Shown: positions 47,379-56,380 of the stretch, in pieces
Numbering within the stretch: position 1 is the first letter of the stretch
How the letters are laid out: the number at the start of each line of letters is the position of its first letter
Origin: Candidatus Omnitrophota bacterium
GTDB taxonomy: Bacteria > Omnitrophota > Gorgyraeia > Gygaellales > JAQTUX01
Direction of reading: 5' to 3'
Assembly (NCBI GenBank): GCA_028707125.1
Contig: JAQTUX010000001.1
Location: forward strand, 394,375 to 458,374
Length of the DNA stretch: 64,000 nucleotides
Position numbers and translations under genes: made by a program
Notes under the pieces: generated by a model
What the model saw: only the letters and a program-made list of their open reading frames with translations
What the model was told of the DNA's origin: nothing
Database searches by the model: none

Positions 47379-48885
47379 TCTCATGCTGCGTTATCTGGAT
47401 ACGGTATTCTTCCCATTCTTTTCTTTTGTTGTAAAGGAACCTGCTGAAGATGTGCTCTCCCAGCGCCTCTTTCACAAAGGCGCTTTTTTCCGTTTCCAGT
47501 ATCGCCTCGAATAGATTGCCTGGTAAAGATGTAAGCCCCCGCCTCTGCCTTTCCTCCATCGCCATATGGTAGATATTGGGCTCAACCGGAGCGCCGACTT
47601 CATACTTTTTTTCAATGCCTTCCAGGCCCGCGGCCAGCATTACCGCGAACGCGAGGTACGGGTTGCAGGCGGGATCAGGGCAGCGCAATTCCGCCCGCGT
47701 TGCCTTTTCGTTTCCCGGCCGGTACACAGGCACCCTGATCAGGGCGGTGCGGTTTTTCTGCGCCCAGGAAGCGTAAACCGGCGCTTCATAACCGGCAACC
47801 AGCCTTTTGTATGAATTGACCCACTGCGCGGTCAAGGAGCAGATCTCTCTGGCGTGTTTTAGTTCTCCGGCAATGAACTGCCTGGCAATATCAGAGAGGT
47901 GATGTTTGTCTTTTTTATCAAAGAACGCGTTCTTTTTGCCCGTGAACAGCGACTGGTGCACGTGCATGCCCGAGCCGTTTACGCCGAACAGGGGCTTGGG
48001 CATGAACGTGGCATACACGCCGTTTTGCTGGGCGATCTCTTTGATCACGTATTTAGAGGTAATCACGTTGTCCGCCGCCGTAAGCGCGTCGGTATATTGA
48101 GGATCGATTTCGTGCTGGCTGGGAGCGACCTCATGGTGAGACGCCTCCATGGTTATGCCCATTTCTTCAAGCATCCTGACGGTCTTGTTCCTCATGGTAT
48201 TGGCCAGGTCATTGGGTATTAATTCAAAATACGACCCTTCATCTATGATCTCCGGCTTCTTATCGGATTTAAAATAGAAATATTCTATTTCCGGCCCCAC
48301 GAAGAAGGTGAAACCCAGTTTTTCAGCCCTTGCCAGCACTCTCTTCAGGGCATACCTTGTGTCTCCGGGGTAGGGGGTATGGTCGGGGTTCAATATGTCG
48401 CAGAACATCCGCGCGATCACGCCGTTTTCGCTTGTCCAGGGCAGTATCTTAAAGGTGGCCGGGTCCGGCTGCGCGATTATGTCGCTTTCTTCGGCTTCGG
48501 CGAAGCCGGTTACGGAAGAGCCGTCAAAGCCCTTGCCGTGCTCAAGCGCGCCCCTGAGTTCCCCTTCGGTGATCGAAACGCATTTTAAGATGCCGAGTAT
48601 ATCCGTAAACCACAGCTGTATGGTTTTTATATCATTTTCTTCCACCCTGTCCAGGATCTTCTCTATCGCCTGTTTTTTGTTGCTTATGACCGGCGCCCGC
48701 TCCCGTTTTTGCCTCGCGGCAGATCCGCCCGCGGACTTCGGCCCTATCTCACCTTTTGGTATGATGTACTGCCTGCCCGCTTTCTCCGCGGAGATCGCGC
48801 CGTGTTTTATGCGCTCGATCACTGCCTGGCGCGATATGCCTAACAGCTTTGCCGCCTCAGTAGGGCTTAAGTATTCTTTCTTCAT
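47353..48885 (-). CDS. Glutamine synthetase-family protein with N-terminal excisionase/MerR-type HTH extension
   Basis: N-terminal '[24 protein letters not shown]'; then GS beta-grasp 'FDGSSVTGF', catalytic '[12 protein letters not shown]', '[28 protein letters not shown]'. SD CCTCC (rc) 5 nt upstream; convergent with pyrG (26-nt overlap). Confidence 0.7.
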   Translation of the reverse strand: MKKEYLSPTEAAKLLGISRQAVIERIKHGAISAEKAGRQYIIPKGEIGPKSAGGSAARQKRERAPVISNKKQAIEKILDRVEENDIKTIQLWFTDILGILKCVSITEGELRGALEHGKGFDGSSVTGFAEAEESDIIAQPDPATFKILPWTSENGVIARMFCDILNPDHTPYPGDTRYALKRVLARAEKLGFTFFVGPEIEYFYFKSDKKPEIIDEGSYFELIPNDLANTMRNKTVRMLEEMGITMEASHHEVAPSQHEIDPQYTDALTAADNVITSKYVIKEIAQQNGVYATFMPKPLFGVNGSGMHVHQSLFTGKKNAFFDKKDKHHLSDIARQFIAGELKHAREICSLTAQWVNSYKRLVAGYEAPVYASWAQKNRTALIRVPVYRPGNEKATRAELRCPDPACNPYLAFAVMLAAGLEGIEKKYEVGAPVEPNIYHMAMEERQRRGLTSLPGNLFEAILETEKSAFVKEALGEHIFSRFLYNKRKEWEEYRIQITQHEIKRYLSLL

Positions 48886-48924
48886 TTTGGCCTCCGTTTT
48901 ATGGTTATCTCCTTGTCAAATGTA

Positions 48925-48952
48925 AATATACCATATACTTTACGTTTGTCAA
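48925..48952 (-). promoter_or_regulatory. Sigma70-like promoter for the HTH-GS gene (TTGACA-16-TATATT on minus strand), with a second TTGACAA heptamer at +1
   Basis: rc of 48947-48952 = TTGACA; rc of 48925-48930 = TATATT; TTGTCAA repeated at 48913-19 and 48946-52. Confidence 0.45.
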
Positions 48953-48986
48953 GAAGATTTTGCGGGACTTTTTATCAAATTATTTC

Positions 48987-49014
48987 TTGCAATTCGCGCT
49001 ATCCGCCTTATAAT
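48987..49014 (+). promoter_or_regulatory. Sigma70-like promoter (TTGCAA-16-TATAAT) for 49037 ORF
   Basis: TTGCAA 48987-92, TATAAT 49009-14; RBS 'acggagg' before ATG 49043/49037. Confidence 0.4.
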
Positions 49015-49036
49015 AACATAGAGTAATTAAACGGAG

Positions 49037-49399
49037 GTGAAGATGATCGAAGAAATCAAGCAGGAAAAGGCCGCGGCCAAGCCGGCAGCGGCAAAAAAGA
49101 AGATTAGTTTCAGCCCGGTCTTTCTGCTGGCATTGCTCCTCTTGGCGGCGGCGGTGGTATTGGGCCTGGCGCTGAATCAGGAGAAGGTAAACACGCAGGC
49201 GCTGCAGGAGCGGCTCAATGCCGCTATTTCTGCCAGGACAAAGGCCGAGCAGGAACTGAAGGGGCTGCGCGACGAGAACGCGCTGATCAAACAGGAATTG
49301 GAAGAGACGCAGGTCAAGGTTGACGAATTAGCCAGGCAGCTTACGTCGCTGCAGATCACCCGGCCGCCTGAGCCGGAGACGCAGGCCATACAGAACTAA
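49037..49399 (+). CDS. Small membrane-anchored coiled-coil protein
   Basis: Lys/Ala-rich N-terminus, TM 'FSPVFLLALLLLAAAVVLGLAL', then heptad-like coiled coil. Confidence 0.4.
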   Translation: MKMIEEIKQEKAAAKPAAAKKKISFSPVFLLALLLLAAAVVLGLALNQEKVNTQALQERLNAAISARTKAEQELKGLRDENALIKQELEETQVKVDELARQLTSLQITRPPEPETQAIQN

Positions 49400-49414
49400 A
49401 GGCGTATTTTTTTT

Positions 49415-49443
49415 CTTGCGAGATACATCTTCATAGGGTATAA
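49415..49443 (+). promoter_or_regulatory. Sigma70-like promoter (TTGCGA-17-TATAAT) for the large coiled-coil gene
   Basis: TTGCGA 49415-20, TATAAT 49438-43; followed by leader with A7G8 tract and two hairpins (49487-49502, 49515-49530). Confidence 0.4.
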
Positions 49444-49548
49444 TTTCAGCAGTTTATAATAAGATACGGAGGATAAAAAAAGGGGGGGGACCAGAGGGTC
49501 CCTCTTTCTGTTCGGGGCGCCTTCAGGCGCCTGAATAATAATGGAAAA

Positions 49549-52347
49549 ATGATTAAAAGGATATTATTTATATTATTGGCCGGCGCGCCGCTGTTTTACG
49601 CCTGTGTGTATTCTCAGCCATACGATAATGCGTTAGAGTTTCTTAACAGTTACGCTATCAAGCTGTACAATAAAGGAGACATGCCTTCAGCAAGGCATGA
49701 GTTCCAAAAGGTCCTTCTGGTCGATCCGCAAAACCAGCTCGCCAGATATTATCTCTCAATAATCATCCAGAAATACGCTCCGAAACCCGCCCCGGCAAAG
49801 CCGGCAGTAAAGCCGGCAGTAAAAGTAAAGAAGGTCGATCTCGGTGCGATTGATTTAAAGCTCGCGGAATCCCGGCAGCGCATAGCCCGGCTGGAACAGG
49901 GTTTGTTAAAGAGCGCTATGGAGAATGCCCTGCTTAAGGCGCGGCTTAATGCCGCTCAACAACACAGGGAAGATACAGAGGCCTCTTATATGAACAAGCT
50001 GGTTGATAACTTAAGGAGGCAGATAGGCGAGGCAGGCAGCAGGATAAGAAAGCTTAAGGATAAACTGGCGCAGAAGCAGATAGAGGGCGGGCAGTATGCC
50101 GGATTAGAAAAGAGGGCCGCGGAGATCGAGGCATTGCTTGAAGCCAGGCAGCGGGAGCTTGAGGGCACGCGTAAGGAGCTGCGGGAAGGCCGTATGTCCG
50201 CCGCTTTCGACGCCTCCAGGATCGCTTCTCTTGAGGAGGGCCTCAGCCGTAAGGATGAGATCATAGGGAAACTGGAGAAGGATAGAACGGCGTTGCGGGA
50301 AGAGATTATAAGTATCAGACAGGAAAACCTTAAACTGTTGGAGGGCCTGAGGAGCAATAACGAAGATACGCTGAAACACCTTGAGGAATTTGAATCCATG
50401 ATAGCGCTTAAAGAAGGCGAGATGGCAGCGTTGAGGGATGACCTGCAGAAACGGCTGGCTGAGAAGGAATCCAGGATCAGGGAACTGGCCGAGGCAGCCG
50501 GCGCGGCTGATTCGGATATGGAGGCGTTTAAGGAAGAATTGCGGAGCCGGGAAAGCAGGATAGACGCCTTGACGCGGGAGTTAGATGAGAAGGACGGACT
50601 GATCAGCGACCTGGAAGATGGGCTTAAGGCGCGGCAGGATGAGATCGCCGCGATAAAGAAAGAACTGCGGGAGCGGCTGCTTCAGAAAGAACGCGATGTC
50701 GAGGGCCTGGAAAAGGCGCTTGAGGAAGGCCGGCTCAGAACGGATAGATTTAAGGAGGAAACAGAAGGCCAAAAGCAGAGGATATCCGCGCTGCTTGAAG
50801 AAATAGGGCGGAAGGATAATTTGCTGGATAGCGCGGAAGAGGCGTCGCGGTCGCGGCAGGAGGAGATCTCGGATATGCGCGCGGAGTTGGAAGCCGCGCT
50901 TGCCGGACAGGACATTCAGAGCCAGGAGTTAAGGGGCGGATATGAAGAGCAGATAAGCCGGCTGCTGGGCGCCCTTGAATTAAAAGACAGCGAGATAGAA
51001 GACAGAGATTCCTTAATAGAGGGGCTGCGGGCGGATATCAATGCTAAAGAAGAGGAAGCCTCCGTTCTCAGGGAAGAGCTTGCCCAGGCGTCTTACGCAA
51101 AGGATAAAGATATTGAATCGGTGATCAAGGACTACGAAGGCCGGATAGAGATGCTTCTGCGCAACATTGACGGCAAGGCGGAGGAGATCGGCGGCCTGAA
51201 AAAGTTGAACGAAGACCTGTCCAGCCGCTTAAACAGGCAGCCGGGAGAGGACCTGGTTTCCCTGACAGAGGCCTTAAGATCGGAGGTATCGGAGAAAGAA
51301 GGGATAATCGCCGCCTTGAGTGATGACCTGGAAGAGCAGAGCCGTAAAGTGAGCTCTCTGGAAAAAGAGAAAATAGAGCTTCTCGGTAATCTTAACCGGA
51401 ATAACGAAGAGGCCTTGAAGCGCGTTGAGGCATTTGAAGGCGCGGTTGACAACAGGCAGAAGGAGCTGTTAAGCAGCATTGAGGAAAAAGACAGCCAGAT
51501 AGCCGCCCTTAAGGAAGAAATGGATTTGAAAGAGACGCAGATAAAGAGTATCCAGGATTCCAATGCCAAGCTTGTTGAAGAATTCAACAGGGAGTCCGAC
51601 GGCTACAGAGAACAGATAGAGGGCCTGCAGGATGCCCTGGCTGCCGCCAGAAAGGGCAGGTTGTCCGGGGGAGAATATAAAGAGCGGGTATCCGACAGCC
51701 TTCGCCTTGAGAACGACGTCCTGAAAGGAAAATTAGACCAGGGCAAGCTGGAGCTCCTGAAGAGGGACAGGGCTTTGCTTGAGAAGGATGACGGCCTTTT
51801 TAAGCTGAAGCAGCGCTACGAGAGCCTGGCCGCGCAGAAACAGGAGCAGGAAGACATCGCGCGCGCGAAAGAAGAAGAGAAAAAACGCCTCCAGGAACAG
51901 CTTGAGGATTTAAGAGACAAGGTGTCTTTCTATAAGGGTAAAGAGGTCGAGGGTATAGAAGTATACCTGCGTGATAACCAGTTGATCGTCTATCTGCAGG
52001 AGGTCCTTCTATTTGAGCCGGGCGAGGCGGAGATCAAGGAAGGGGGGTCCTCCGCGCTGGGAAGGATAGCGATGGTGTTGAACGAAGATTTCCCCGAAGC
52101 CAGGATAATTATCATGGGGCATACTGATGACCAGCCGATAAACGTATCGGGTTGGCAGTCCAACTGGGAACTTTCTTCGGCAAGGGCAGTTTCGGTATTA
52201 CACTATTTTTCCGCCAACTTCGGCGTGGATGAGAGGCGCCTGTCGGCAGCCGGTTTCGGAGAGTTTAACCCTGTGGCGTCAAATGATACCCCTGAAGGAA
52301 GGCAGAGGAACAGGAGGGTGGAGATCGCCATAGCGCCGCAGAAATGA
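49549..52347 (+). CDS. 932-aa coiled-coil lipoprotein with C-terminal OmpA/MotB-like peptidoglycan-binding domain
   Basis: Signal + lipobox-like 'LLAGAPLFYAC'; low-complexity 'PKPAPAKPAVKPAVKVKK'; ~700 aa Glu/Lys/Leu-rich coiled coil; C-terminal 'GHTDDQPINVSGWQSNWELSSARAVSVLHYF...NRRVEIAI'. Confidence 0.6.
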   Translation: MIKRILFILLAGAPLFYACVYSQPYDNALEFLNSYAIKLYNKGDMPSARHEFQKVLLVDPQNQLARYYLSIIIQKYAPKPAPAKPAVKPAVKVKKVDLGAIDLKLAESRQRIARLEQGLLKSAMENALLKARLNAAQQHREDTEASYMNKLVDNLRRQIGEAGSRIRKLKDKLAQKQIEGGQYAGLEKRAAEIEALLEARQRELEGTRKELREGRMSAAFDASRIASLEEGLSRKDEIIGKLEKDRTALREEIISIRQENLKLLEGLRSNNEDTLKHLEEFESMIALKEGEMAALRDDLQKRLAEKESRIRELAEAAGAADSDMEAFKEELRSRESRIDALTRELDEKDGLISDLEDGLKARQDEIAAIKKELRERLLQKERDVEGLEKALEEGRLRTDRFKEETEGQKQRISALLEEIGRKDNLLDSAEEASRSRQEEISDMRAELEAALAGQDIQSQELRGGYEEQISRLLGALELKDSEIEDRDSLIEGLRADINAKEEEASVLREELAQASYAKDKDIESVIKDYEGRIEMLLRNIDGKAEEIGGLKKLNEDLSSRLNRQPGEDLVSLTEALRSEVSEKEGIIAALSDDLEEQSRKVSSLEKEKIELLGNLNRNNEEALKRVEAFEGAVDNRQKELLSSIEEKDSQIAALKEEMDLKETQIKSIQDSNAKLVEEFNRESDGYREQIEGLQDALAAARKGRLSGGEYKERVSDSLRLENDVLKGKLDQGKLELLKRDRALLEKDDGLFKLKQRYESLAAQKQEQEDIARAKEEEKKRLQEQLEDLRDKVSFYKGKEVEGIEVYLRDNQLIVYLQEVLLFEPGEAEIKEGGSSALGRIAMVLNEDFPEARIIIMGHTDDQPINVSGWQSNWELSSARAVSVLHYFSANFGVDERRLSAAGFGEFNPVASNDTPEGRQRNRRVEIAIAPQK
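49795..49835 (+). repeat. Short tandem repeat (GCCGGCAGTAAA x2) encoding PAVK-PAVK
   Basis: 'aaagccggcagtaaagccggcagtaaaag' read directly. Confidence 0.5.
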
Positions 52348-52355
52348 CTGGATCG

Positions 52356-54281
52356 CTATTCCAAGTTATTTAATTCTCTTTTTGCCGCGGTTGAATCAGG
52401 CTTCAGTCCAACGACGTTGCGCAGGAGCCGTTTTGCCTCCGCGGTTTTTTTCTGCGCCTTATAGGCAAGGGCGAGGTTGTACATCGCGTCGGCGTAATCG
52501 GGTTTGAGCTCGATCGCCTTTTTATATTCTTCAATGGCCCTGTAATAATCGCCCTTATTCCAGAGGGCGTAACCTAAATTATTCCTGATCTCCGCGAAGT
52601 CGGGTGCGTATTTTTTGCCTTCTTCCAAAAACTCTATCGCCTTGTCATAATCTTCCAGAAGGTTATAATCCACCCCTATGTTATAACAGACATGAGGGTA
52701 ATTCGGCGTGTACTGCAGCGATTCTTTGTAGTATTCTATCGCCCTTGAGAGTTCCCCTCTTTGTTCGTATATTCTTGCCGTAATGGCATAAGGGTATTCG
52801 TCTCCGGGGTCCGCCTCAATGCCTTTTTTGGACCAGTCCAGCGCGGTGTCAAATTTACGATCCATAGCGTAGGCGCGCGCCATTTCTCCGTAGGCCTTGG
52901 CATCCTTCGGGTTGACGGATATGGCCTTTTTGAACTGGGCGCGGGCGCCTTCCGTGTCTTCCTTAAGGAGCAGATTAAACCCTTCCAGCCGGTATTTTCT
53001 TCCCAGGTCCGTCTTGGCGGTGGTCAATCTTTCCCCCAGAGTGGTCCGCGAGAATTCCTTGCCTGTTTCTTCAAGGGCCTTTATGGCCGGGCCCACCTCG
53101 CCGGTCTGATAATACTGGATATATCCGGTCTGGAATTTTGAGAGATTTTTCAGATCGGGGTCGGAGGAGGTCCTGGATAATTCTTCAAGTATTTCCAGCG
53201 CCTCTTTGAATTTGCCCTGCTGCTTCAGGTTGTCGGCGACCTGGAATTTGCTGTCGTCAACGAATTCGGACGCGGGATGTTCTTCTAAGAGTTGCCTGAA
53301 CACCCTGGAACTTTCTTCGTGCTGCGCGTTCAGTTTATACGCCCACCCCAGGTTAAATGCCGCCCTTTGGGCTATCAATGATCCGGGGTCTATATCTATC
53401 GCCTTCTTAAAGGCATCCTGCGATAACTGGAAGTTCATTGTCTTCTGGCTGAGCGTTCCGATCTTGAAATAAAGCATTTGTTGTTCTTTTGGCGCGCTTA
53501 CGGCCGCGGCCTTATCTTGAAGCGACCTTATCTTTTTCTGTATCCCGGTTATCTCATTGATCTTGGCGAGCAAACTTGCGGCTATGTCGATCTCATTGTT
53601 ATCGGTAGAGCGGCCAAGCACTTTAACGCAGGCGCTTTTTGCCCCCGCGTACTGGCCGGATTTAAGCATGCCCTGCGCCATTTTAAGCCGTATATAGTTT
53701 ATGTCGGCCGCGTTAGGGTTTGTCTCTATGAATTCCTTATACAAGACCACGGCTTCCAGGAATTTTCCCTGGGATTCAAACTGGGCTGCCGAATCAAGCA
53801 ACGGAGCCTTTGTTACGGCTTCGGCCGGAGCCCGCGGCAGTAAGAGGCGGTTGAGAAAGGCCCTTATGCCGCGCTTTACTTTGCCGGCGTTTGTAACGAC
53901 GCCGTCTATAAGCCAGGCAAGCGTATTGCGTTTTGCCTCTTTACCCGTGATCATTTCTTTCAGAAAGAACCTCAGGTCCTCCATCTGCACGGGCCTTGCC
54001 TTCTCGCCGGCGATGCCCTTTGAAAGCGTCAGGTAGGCGACGTTACGGGAGGATATCTCTTCTTTTGAGACCTCGTCGATGATGGTAAAATCCAGCAGGC
54101 CCGAGATCTTATCCGCCTCTTTTGCCTCTTTGGCTTCCTTGACCTGAGACAGCGACAGTTGCATGTCCTGCAGGGAGCGGTCTATAAGGTATTTATTATA
54201 TACGGAGAAAAATACGGCGATGGCTGCCAAAGCAGCGAGCGGTTTATAATATTTTTGAAGCGGGATCGCTATGCCTTCCAT
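52356..54281 (-). CDS. Membrane-anchored TPR-repeat protein (~14 TPR)
   Basis: N-terminal TM 'LAALAAIAVFFSVY'; many 'A..Y..A..Y......AI..Y..AL..DP' TPR units; convergent with upstream gene with only 8-bp gap. Confidence 0.6.
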   Translation of the reverse strand: MEGIAIPLQKYYKPLAALAAIAVFFSVYNKYLIDRSLQDMQLSLSQVKEAKEAKEADKISGLLDFTIIDEVSKEEISSRNVAYLTLSKGIAGEKARPVQMEDLRFFLKEMITGKEAKRNTLAWLIDGVVTNAGKVKRGIRAFLNRLLLPRAPAEAVTKAPLLDSAAQFESQGKFLEAVVLYKEFIETNPNAADINYIRLKMAQGMLKSGQYAGAKSACVKVLGRSTDNNEIDIAASLLAKINEITGIQKKIRSLQDKAAAVSAPKEQQMLYFKIGTLSQKTMNFQLSQDAFKKAIDIDPGSLIAQRAAFNLGWAYKLNAQHEESSRVFRQLLEEHPASEFVDDSKFQVADNLKQQGKFKEALEILEELSRTSSDPDLKNLSKFQTGYIQYYQTGEVGPAIKALEETGKEFSRTTLGERLTTAKTDLGRKYRLEGFNLLLKEDTEGARAQFKKAISVNPKDAKAYGEMARAYAMDRKFDTALDWSKKGIEADPGDEYPYAITARIYEQRGELSRAIEYYKESLQYTPNYPHVCYNIGVDYNLLEDYDKAIEFLEEGKKYAPDFAEIRNNLGYALWNKGDYYRAIEEYKKAIELKPDYADAMYNLALAYKAQKKTAEAKRLLRNVVGLKPDSTAAKRELNNLE

Positions 54282-54295
54282 TTTTCACGTCCTTT

Positions 54296-55618
54296 TTAGG
54301 TTTTTTCGTCTTTTCTCTGGTCCAGCACAAATACGCTTTTTTCCTGCGCCTTTGCCTTTTTCTTTACTTCCGCGGTTATGTTGGTCACCTCTACATAGGA
54401 AGAGATCGCCCGATGCGCGTTGGTTGCCCCGGCCATAGATATGCACATCAGAGGGAATTTCTTAACTTCTCCTTCCCTTGATTTTGAGATGATGAACCCT
54501 TGAGCCAGGTCCTCGGTAGAATAGAGTTTTCTTACGCGCTTATCAAACTCCTGGGCCACATAGCCGGTTATCGCCGCGGCCTTCTCGGGAGTGGTTATCA
54601 GCACGAAGTCATCCCCGCCTTCATGCCCCAGAAGGTCGTCTTTGTTGCCGTTTTTCTCTACCGCCTCTTTCAGCACGTCGGCGTTTATCTTTATCGCCTC
54701 ATCGCCTTTAGCAAGGCCGTATTTGTCGTTGAACGCCTTGAAGTTATTAAGGTCGGTATGTATGACTACGAATTTTTTGTTTTCTCTGAGCCGCTGCTCC
54801 ACCCCTTCTCTTATGACTATATTGCCGGGCAGCTTTGTCAGGGGGTTGGCGTTTTCCGCGCGCTCTTTCATCCTTATGAGCGCGACGGTCATTTCGTTGA
54901 AGGTCTCCGCCAGTTCCTGCAGTTCGTCATCGGTATCTATGTAGATGCGTCTTTCCAGGTTGCCCTGCGCCACTACCTTTGTGCCTTCGTTTAATATCCT
55001 TATCGGGCCGATGATGCCTTTTGACATAAGCAGGCCGACGATCATTGTGGCGATGATCACCAGTATAATGCTGAGCATGGCCGGCTTATACACGTCGATC
55101 AGCGCCTCCTGTATATCGCCCAGATAAAATGACAGTTTTGCCAGAAATACCGGCTGCCCCTCCGCGCCGCCCTTTAACGGCAGGTACACATAGAGCATCC
55201 TGCCGGCTTGATCCAGACGGGACTCAAACGGCTTGTCATCGCTTTCGTTTAACAGCCTGTACTTGAGCGCCGCCTCCTTCGTGTTTATTATTTCACCGGT
55301 CTCCTCCGGGCTGGTAGAGGCGATTATCGTGTCGTTATCGTCTATGACCGAGAGGCCTTCTATTACCTGCATACTTTTCAGGTATTCTATTGTGCGGCTT
55401 AGCTCAACGGCCGTCTCATCCGGGCTCGCCCGCAGCGCCGGCTTGAGGTTTTCCCGCACCACTATGGCGCTCATCCGCGCCTTGAGCGTGTTAAGGCGCT
55501 TGAGGTTGTCTACCTGATTGTTGAGCTGGATGGCTACGAAGATACTTATGAGCAGGAGCGCGGAGAAGATCATCAGGGTGGTTATTCTGTTTTGAAGGGT
55601 AAGCCGTATTTTCGCCAT
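54296..55618 (-). CDS. Sensor diguanylate-cyclase-family protein (2 TM, periplasmic domain, HAMP, GGDEF domain with GGDDF variant)
   Basis: 'NPLTKLPGN', 'VVIHTDLNNFKAFNDKYGLAKGDEAI', 'LLGHEGGDDFVLI'. Confidence 0.65.
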   Translation of the reverse strand: MAKIRLTLQNRITTLMIFSALLLISIFVAIQLNNQVDNLKRLNTLKARMSAIVVRENLKPALRASPDETAVELSRTIEYLKSMQVIEGLSVIDDNDTIIASTSPEETGEIINTKEAALKYRLLNESDDKPFESRLDQAGRMLYVYLPLKGGAEGQPVFLAKLSFYLGDIQEALIDVYKPAMLSIILVIIATMIVGLLMSKGIIGPIRILNEGTKVVAQGNLERRIYIDTDDELQELAETFNEMTVALIRMKERAENANPLTKLPGNIVIREGVEQRLRENKKFVVIHTDLNNFKAFNDKYGLAKGDEAIKINADVLKEAVEKNGNKDDLLGHEGGDDFVLITTPEKAAAITGYVAQEFDKRVRKLYSTEDLAQGFIISKSREGEVKKFPLMCISMAGATNAHRAISSYVEVTNITAEVKKKAKAQEKSVFVLDQRKDEKT

Positions 55619-55772
55619 ATCTATTCAAGTCTACTTGAAATGTTGGAATGTGTCAATATTAATGTGTTCCCGGCCCGTACCTGATACTGCTTGACATTGT
55701 TTTATTTTGTAATATACTGAAAAACAGTTATAAATAAGCGGGATTGACCCTTTTGAAAGGAGGCGGTATTAG

Positions 55773-56255
55773 ATGAATAAGCGTCTAGCAGCAGCAACAG
55801 CGGTAGCAGTGGCAGCGGTTTTTTCGTTATATCTTGTGCCTTCTGTATGTTTAGCCCAGGAGGATACCGGAAAGGAATATGCCTACGGCATAGTAAGCAG
55901 CGTCTCTTCAACAGAGCTCATAGTCAAGGACTACGATTATGATAAGGATGAAGAGATGGAGGTAGTTTACGCCCTGGATCCAGGCGTAGAGGTTAAGAAC
56001 GCGGCCTCGTTGCAAGATATCTCCGCGGGCGATGGCGTAGAAATTGACTACGTAGTCACCAACGGCAAAAGGACGGCCAAGGTCATAACTGTTGAGAAGG
56101 CCTCTGATATATATGAAGAGCAGCCGGAGGCAATGGGCGTTGAGCCGGAAGAAGCAACAGCAGCCGCGCCGGTAGAAAAAACGCCTGAGATGGCGCCGGC
56201 AGCAATGGAACCAGCGCCGGAAGAGGCAGAGACAGCAGTAAAAACCGGGTATTAG
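55773..56255 (+). CDS. Small secreted acidic protein
   Basis: Signal peptide 'MNKRLAAATAVAVAAVFSLYLVPSVCLAQE'; Pro/Glu/Ala-rich C-terminus; promoter-like TTGACA-16-TATACT upstream; RBS 'aaaggagg'. Confidence 0.4.
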   Translation: MNKRLAAATAVAVAAVFSLYLVPSVCLAQEDTGKEYAYGIVSSVSSTELIVKDYDYDKDEEMEVVYALDPGVEVKNAASLQDISAGDGVEIDYVVTNGKRTAKVITVEKASDIYEEQPEAMGVEPEEATAAAPVEKTPEMAPAAMEPAPEEAETAVKTGY

Positions 56256-56278
56256 GCATAAATAGTATCTCTTACAAT

Positions 56279-56319
56279 AACCCGCTGCAACATATTTAGT
56301 TGCAGCGGGTTATTTTATT
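56279..56319 (+). terminator. Rho-independent terminator
   Basis: AACCCGCTGCAAC-atatttag-TTGCAGCGGGTT then ATTTTATT. Confidence 0.6.
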
Positions 56320-56342
56320 CTATAGTTTTTGATGCGAAGGTA

Positions 56343-56371
56343 TTGACATAGATTTATTTATACTATATAAT
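56343..56371 (+). promoter_or_regulatory. Sigma70-like promoter for lysS operon (TTGACA-17-TATAAT)
   Basis: TTGACA 56343-48, TATAAT 56366-71. Confidence 0.5.
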
Positions 56372-56380
56372 TACCCTGCT

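Noticed and set aside
49549-52347. Possible CRISPR-like or tandem-repeat DNA in the coiled-coil gene
   Set aside because: Periodicity reflects repetitive Glu/Lys/Leu/Arg codons of a continuous 932-aa ORF. There are no identical direct repeats with unique spacers.
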